Source of the DNA: Atractiella rhizophila
Lineage: Eukaryota
Assembly (NCBI GenBank): GCA_021432655.1
Contig: MU271521.1
Coordinates: 7,989 to 50,895 of the forward strand
Direction of reading: 5' to 3'
Length of the DNA stretch: 42,907 nt
Below are positions 36,526 to 42,907 of the stretch, in pieces. The translations under genes and the position numbers were made by a program. Each line of letters opens with the position of its first letter. Position 1 is the first letter of the stretch. The notes below the pieces were generated by a model. It ran no database searches, was not told where the DNA came from, and saw only the letters and a program-made list of their open reading frames with translations.

Positions 36526-37783
36526 TGTGCTGATTGGATTTCTCAAGTTGAAAGGAAGAAGTTGAAACCCCCAAAAGGGTAAACGAAGAAAAAAAAAACA
36601 AACGCCCCCCTTAAAAAAGGCCAAGGGCCAAGGGCTTCTGAGCTGTCGACATAACATCGGCTCCCGCCCCGGCTCGAAGGTCACAAGGCTTGTCACTTCC
36701 CCAGAATTTACCCCACCATCAATCTGGGTCCATCTAATGTTGATCTTTGCCTTCCGTCAGTCTTGTTACGATCCCTTCAGCGTATCCCCTTATGCAAAGC
36801 GTTTCGGCAAAAACTTCTTCTTGCTTGATCCCGCCAAACGGTGCGGGGAAGTGCTGACTGCACCAGTTCGGGGAGTTTGTCACACAAGTTCCAGACGACG
36901 TAGACGTCGTTTGTCTCATGGCCCGTGCTGGAAAGAGCTGTTGGGAAGTCTTTAGAGCGACGGAACAAAAAGCATCTGTGAGGCGGTAAGGGGTATAAGG
37001 AGGGAGTTAAGAAGGGACCCAGCTTCGGGAGCAGCTTTTGCGGGGAGCGCGTCGCAGAACGCGTCTGGAATAAGCAAAATCATGTTACCAAGCCACCAAG
37101 GAAACGTCTATGCTCTATAGTCTCCTAGATAGATGCTCAGTTCACAGTTTGAATCACAACAACTGTTTTATTCAGCTCGATACGCGATGGATCGCTGCTT
37201 GGGTACGAGCCTTTGTGCTATGCCATAGCAGAGGAGACAAGAGTACTACTGACAATGAGATTTCAGCACAAATTGTGCTACTTGCCAAGGAGAGAAGATC
37301 AACCAGAGCGCTCAGCAGCCTCAGAGGCATTTTCGTATTTTTTGATACAACAACTTGCCAGCAGAGGAAAGCCATACAGCAACCCCCAATATTCACTTGT
37401 TTCTTGAAAGAAGCAACTCAACTGTTTAAATCCCTCTTTATTCACCTCTAATCCGTCCTGAACTTCTATTTTTCTTCCACCGTTTCTATTTCATGGCAAT
37501 TTGGTCTTCAAAGGTCCTAGGCAGCAGGAACGCTGTCCTGTGTCCACAATGCATCTGAACCAGGAACGTCTGCGTTTTATTACCTCCCCCGCTTGACGCT
37601 GGCTAGTAGTCAGCCAGCTCGTCACTGATGCTACAGTGTTGCTTCACATTCATGAGGCACATTCTGAAAATGCGTCACGATATTTTTGGCATTAGTTTAT
37701 TTTGCTTATTGTAAGGAGGATGGATTAAGGTATCTGCACCAGCACCGCAACGAAAACGGCTGCCTCAGAAAGTCTACAGCAAG

Positions 37784-40700
37784 TCAATGGGTTATGAAGA
37801 AGAAGAATAGAGCAAGAAGACTGTTACACACAATTTTAAGCAATCCTGGGAGAAGCTGCATCAGTCGCATAGCCAGAAGCGACAGCAGGATTGGGACGAT
37901 CCACCACATCAGTCCTCTTCCCTTCATCATCCTATCCTGAACATCGATAAAAGCGACGAAACGGTGTTCGTATCCTTCTGCTTCTTCCTCATGCATCCAA
38001 AGAATACGCTGCTCCTACAACAACCGTGAAGGTGGAAACGGGTGTGAGCTTAGACATACCTCATGATCCCACTTGTACATCCCATCCGACACCTCGAACT
38101 TCACATTCTCCTTCCCATACACACGTTCTGGGAAGTAAATCTCCGTCATCTTACTCTTTATCTCGAAAGGAAGATACATAAGTACACCGTTGGAGTCTTG
38201 AGGATGCTCGGAGCAGTAAGCGTTTCTGAATGAGAAAGTGAATTTGCGTGTACCCTTGTCATATGTGGTCTTGGTTGGGATTCCGGCTACCTTCGAAGCG
38301 TGAGGACGCTTTGGCATCACGTCAACACGATGCTTTCATACGACAACAAGCAAACCTGAATCGCGTTGATGAGGCGCAAACCGTTTCGCAGTTGCTCCTC
38401 CGCCGATGCCCCTTTATCCAGAGTTTTGAGGGCAGAAATGGACCAGAACGAAAAGTTTTCTTCGTTCCATTCGTCGCCTTTCTCGTCCGTATTATACGGA
38501 TTATAATTCCATATACTTCAACAATGACCGTAAGACAAAGGTTACCGCATGTAGATAGGCATAGAGAAGGAAGACGGACCAGCATGGAACGAGATTGCTT
38601 TCCATCGCACTCAAAATAGCATCCATCATGCGCTCTTGCCACTTGAAATACCCAGTTCTGAACGCAGACTGGCGATTGATGTCCATCGGCACTCCGCACT
38701 CAGCGATAATGACTGGAAGTTCTCCGAGGTTCTTGTAAGCTGCATGGACAATATTCTTCACTTGAAGCTCATAACTGGAGTAGCTCCCGTCAGCTTGCCG
38801 CTGAGAAAGAAGAAAATGAGTTACTTTCGCTTTAGCCCTGAAAGTCCGAAGTAAAGTGCTTTCAAAATGAACATCCCCTAGACACTGTCATGAGTACAGT
38901 GTCCAGAAGTAACCCAGAGACAGGTATCGCACCCTTGAGAGACCTTGGACATTCACGCTCATGGTTCCGAGCTGCTTCGAAAACAGAACATTTAGGTCGT
39001 AGAAGTGTGGCGCCGCAATCTGTTCTGTCTTCAGTGATCCTGCTGCACTGAAGAAAGGAATCTCAAACCATTCTTTTTGGTAACTCTTCCCTCAATGTTG
39101 CAGGGAAGAACTATAGTTTTTCAGCTGCATTTCCAAGAACGAGGAAAAGTCGACACACTTCATTCGGAATGCCTCCACTGAAGACCCATCCTTCCTTCCC
39201 TTTCGGCCACGCATCGTTAAGGCCGTCTTCAAACTTCCTACAGAACGTCCACCAACACTCTTTCCACCAGTCCTTCTCAAAATAACCCTCCCTCATCCAC
39301 TTACTTTCCTCCCACACTCCCTCCGCCCTCCATATTTCCTCCCTCCCTTCCATCCACGCCTTCTTTCCCACCGTATTCATCAAAACCGTTCCTTTTTTTC
39401 GCGTAGGGAACGGCCAGCTCCTCTCGTAAACCGGAACCTCGACTGCTTGTCCCGAAGCGAGACGCATTCCTTGTAAGGCGTTTGGGTATGCTCCAATGTG
39501 CAGGTCCGTGTTATAATCCCACTTCAAAGGGGAAAATAGGTCGATATAACCTCTATGTGGTTCGTTCAGCGGACCTATGCCGATGATAGTTCCGACTTCT
39601 ACCTGCCTTCGAAGTGCAAGGAGAAGGTGTCGGAAGGCGGCAATGAGGGAGTATTGGAGGAAGGTCTCTATTGGTATCTTGTCCGCAGCGTCAGCTGAGG
39701 AGGAGGAAAATGAGGGAAATATAGATGGATTTGCGTGCGCCGAACGGGGGACGAGGACGGTGGGAGCTAAAGTGGTGGAAGCGAAAAAGAGGGTAAACAT
39801 GGTTGCCGCCTATCCAACGACGCTCTCTCATCAGTGCGATGCGAGACATGAAAAGAAAAGGGAATATAGGGGAGAAGAGAATGAACGTACAGCTAGCTTT
39901 TGATAACCGGACGGCCAGATGTCCGCCTTTTCCTCTTCTTGGCTCGCAACAAAAGCCGCTCCAGTCGCTTTAAAGTTCTTCATGTCTAATCCGGCAAGTT
40001 CAAGCGTCCATCTGTCAAAGGACGTCAATTCCGTCTCATCCATTTTCGCAGAGCAAACATACCCAGGTGCTCCAGACCCTCCGCAATGCCGCGACCACAC
40101 ATCTTGGTGCACGTCGATGTAGCATGTGAGGTTGTATTTAGGGAAGAGGGAGAGGAGAGAGGAGAGATAGGTGATGTAAGATTCGTCGTATACACCCCTT
40201 TTACCCATATTAATGTTTTTCAGTGATAAAGAAGGCAGGCGAAGGGTGACACTTACGGAGCGGTGTGTTCGATTGCTTCCCAAGGGATTACAAGTCTATG
40301 CGAAACGTAACTGTGAGCCAACGTACCACCTATGACGAAAAACGCCTGGAATCAAAATATTTTATAAAAATTGTCCGCTCGTGCTAAAGCTGGTGTATAC
40401 ATCAAGTCTATCCTGTCATAGCCATCAAACAAAATGGACTCTCTCTTCTGAACATGGATTAACGAGCAGCACAAGGGTCATTAACTCCTAGTTATTTCAA
40501 TACACGTAGAGGGAGGCCATTGATCTTAATACATGTAGAGGCCAACCACCACCATTTCGGTCAGCAACATCCACTGCGGGTGGCTTGTGTATAAAAGATT
40601 GTGCGCAAATCCAGCTGAAAAATCTTGCGAGACATAACTGGATGCTTCCAACCAGAGAAAGCACAAGAAAGGTCTTAAATAGGAATTCAGACCCTGGAAG

Positions 40701-40968
40701 GGCGATGCATGAAAGGCTCAAGAAGAAAACGGCAAGAGAATTACCTGACAAAGTCGAATCCCAACCACTTCAGCCTCTGTAAATGCTCCTCCGCCTCCTC
40801 CAAAGCAACGGGTCTTCCAACGAAGCTTGCATTCCGATGGTCAAAGAAATCGGCTCCTTCGTTCTGTGGCACTTTCGTAGACGAGGAGAAGGACACTCCG
40901 CGGGGGATGTGCACTCTGTTGGTGCCATCTGAGGACAACAAGAAGCGACTCCCCTTCGTGGCTGACAT
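37784..40968 (-). CDS. Glycoside hydrolase family 5, EGCrP/EGH1 (steryl-/glucosylceramide beta-glucosidase)-like, C-terminal TM segment
   Basis: FVGRP..LEEAEEHLQRL, LVIPWEAIEH, DVHQDVWSRHCGGSGAP, WPSGYQKLA, LNEPHRGY (acid/base), IIAECGVPMDIN (nucleophile); intron 1 = 40744-40296. Confidence 0.92.
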
Positions 40969-41095
40969 GAAGGCGAATTGTTGCGAGCACGTGATGTTCA
41001 TAAGGTACCGAAAGTTATCTAACCACTGTTAGTTCGTCTTTCTGGCACTTTGATGCTGCTTTGGATGGCTTGATGACCCTCGCTCGTCCATCGAA

Positions 41096-42907
41096 ATGTC
41101 GCTCTTCAAGTCGCCTACTGCTTCTCCGCGCACCAAGTCACGTTCCGCCAGCTCCACCTCATCCAGCTCAGGATTCGCGAACTCCGCTGCTGGAGGCTTC
41201 TCTTCCAGTCTCACCGCACGTCCACCGCTTCCCAACGCCGCTTCCTCTGCTGGAGGGTCAGCGGGAGGCGTAGGCACGTATAGATCCCTAGTGTTCAATG
41301 GGAGCATACCGATACAGATCACCGTCATTGGCGGGAAGGAGAGTGGAGAAGTACTCTACGTCATGGGTAATAGAGTGGGATATCTTGCTCTGGTGAAGGA
41401 GGAGGTGAGGAAGATGTTGGGTATGGAAGGGGAGAGTGAAGATGGAGAAGAGAAGGGAGGTTGGTTTGAGTACGCAGGCAAACCACTCAGATGGTGAGTC
41501 CTGTTCTTTCGTGGATGGGAAGATTTGGCTGTGCCCTCTTTGGTGACATGTTCCACCGATAGTACGTGGGCGAGGATTAGTTAGAAGTAAGACACTTCAA
41601 GAAGAAAAAGCCACTTGAACTAATTCAAACTCTTTAGACGCCCACAGTTGAAGGTAGTCAGGGTACAAGAGTGTATACTCTTATTATGACGCTGACAAGC
41701 ATGTAATACATCACAGCGGTCTATTAACCCTGTTTTAACGTTGGAGACTATTGCCTCGTATGTGCGCAAAATAGAAAGCAAAAGCTTTCCAATATGCTCG
41801 ACTCTTGAGACAACTGTATAGCCCACCTCCTTTTGAGGAGGAATGAATGGGACTATTTCATCCTCATTACCGTATGATTTTGAAAGAGGACACCCATCGC
41901 GTTGCTAACAGTGCTAGTAACCCAGTTCATTCTTTTTTGCTGGAGGATATGAGGCTAAACGGATCTCGACACTGATTCGTGAAGATCATATGTGCTAGTC
42001 AAAGGAAATCACATCTTTTAATACTGTCTACTGTCCTAATTAACCGTGAAGCGGTTCCGATGGTCATTCAGCGAAGGCAGCTGATTTGAGGAGTTGATCT
42101 TATTCTCCTGATAGATAGGAGGCGGAAAAATACCTCTCTTTTTTCATGGAACATTTTGAGCATTTCCAGCCGCGCTTCCATTCAGATCAGGGGAGAACTG
42201 CGGAACCTCACATGCTTCGCATCCATGAGTCCCCGTGGAACTCTCTGATTCTGCTTTGAAGCGAGGTTTGCTTTTCGAGAAGGAACTTAGTTGCAATTAA
42301 ACCATCCAGCCGATTGAGATTAACCTCTGTACGGTTTTATGTTTCATAGCGACTGTACGCCATCATGGGAAGTAAAATTGATGCATTTCGTCTTAGGCAC
42401 TGGGCAATCGGGCTTCTCTTCGACTATTACACCTCTTCCTCATCATCATCAGCACCATCCTCTTCTGTGCCATCCTCCACCGCCTCCCCGTTGAGTGGTC
42501 CTCCATCATCCTACTTCCACCTCCCGTTCCATAACCATCCCTCAACATCTTCCCTGCAGACCAATGGTCCCCCGTTGCCGTGGCAGCTCACATTTCATCT
42601 CACAGGCACGCACCCACCATCACTCATATCGGGAGGTGCAGCAACCATCGAGAGCTGCAGGAACATGTTCATGCACCGTCTGAAGGAAGCAGAGATGGTA
42701 CGGTGGGGGAGTGTCAAGCGGGTGGTCAATCTGCGCAAAGTGGACCAAGACGGGTTATGGGAAGGCGTCAAATTGAGTGCGAATTCGTCCATATCCCATT
42801 GTTGACCTGATTGATGGTCCGCTAGGTGATTATGACAAGTTTTGGTCGATAGCTGGCAAGCTCGTCCCGAACCCTTCCTCAACTGGAGCAACTTCCCCAT
42901 CGCCTGG
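41096..42907 (+). CDS. ATG5: Autophagy protein 5, runs off the window end
   Basis: VFNGSIPIQI, RVGYLAL, WFEYAGKPLRW|HWAIGLLFD, LPWQLTFH, FMHRLKEAEMVRWGSVKRVVNLRK.DQDGLW; intron 1 = 41494-42396. Confidence 0.95.

Overview
Intron-rich fungal genomic DNA, probably a basidiomycete (inference: ~45-55 nt GT-AG introns with CTRAC branch points and basidiomycete-like Rab2, QCR10 and GH5 sequences; retention of CENP-I points away from Agaricomycetes/Cryptococcus). Exon joins were assembled by hand. Gene order: two tandem ABCC/MRP transporters (first one partial), MRPL38/uL14m, RPB9, an uncharacterised gene with a putative HMG-box-like N-terminus and a USP/papain-like Cys-His-Asp protease domain, CENP-I/Mis6, a Rab2-like GTPase, a four-copy cyanase array (A1, truncated B1, A2, B2) made by a ~2.75 kb tandem duplication, an S9 peptidase, an SDR, small Ser-rich/charged genes plus a pseudogene, QCR10, an F-box-like gene, an alcohol-oxidase-like GMC oxidoreductase, a GH5 EGCrP/EGH1-like glucosidase and ATG5 (partial). 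Most notable: the cyanase array with its breakpoint, mosaic divergence and shared regulatory motifs; a duplicated hairpin-rich module upstream of cyanase A; the HMG-like plus protease gene; and three unusually long first introns (449-903 nt).
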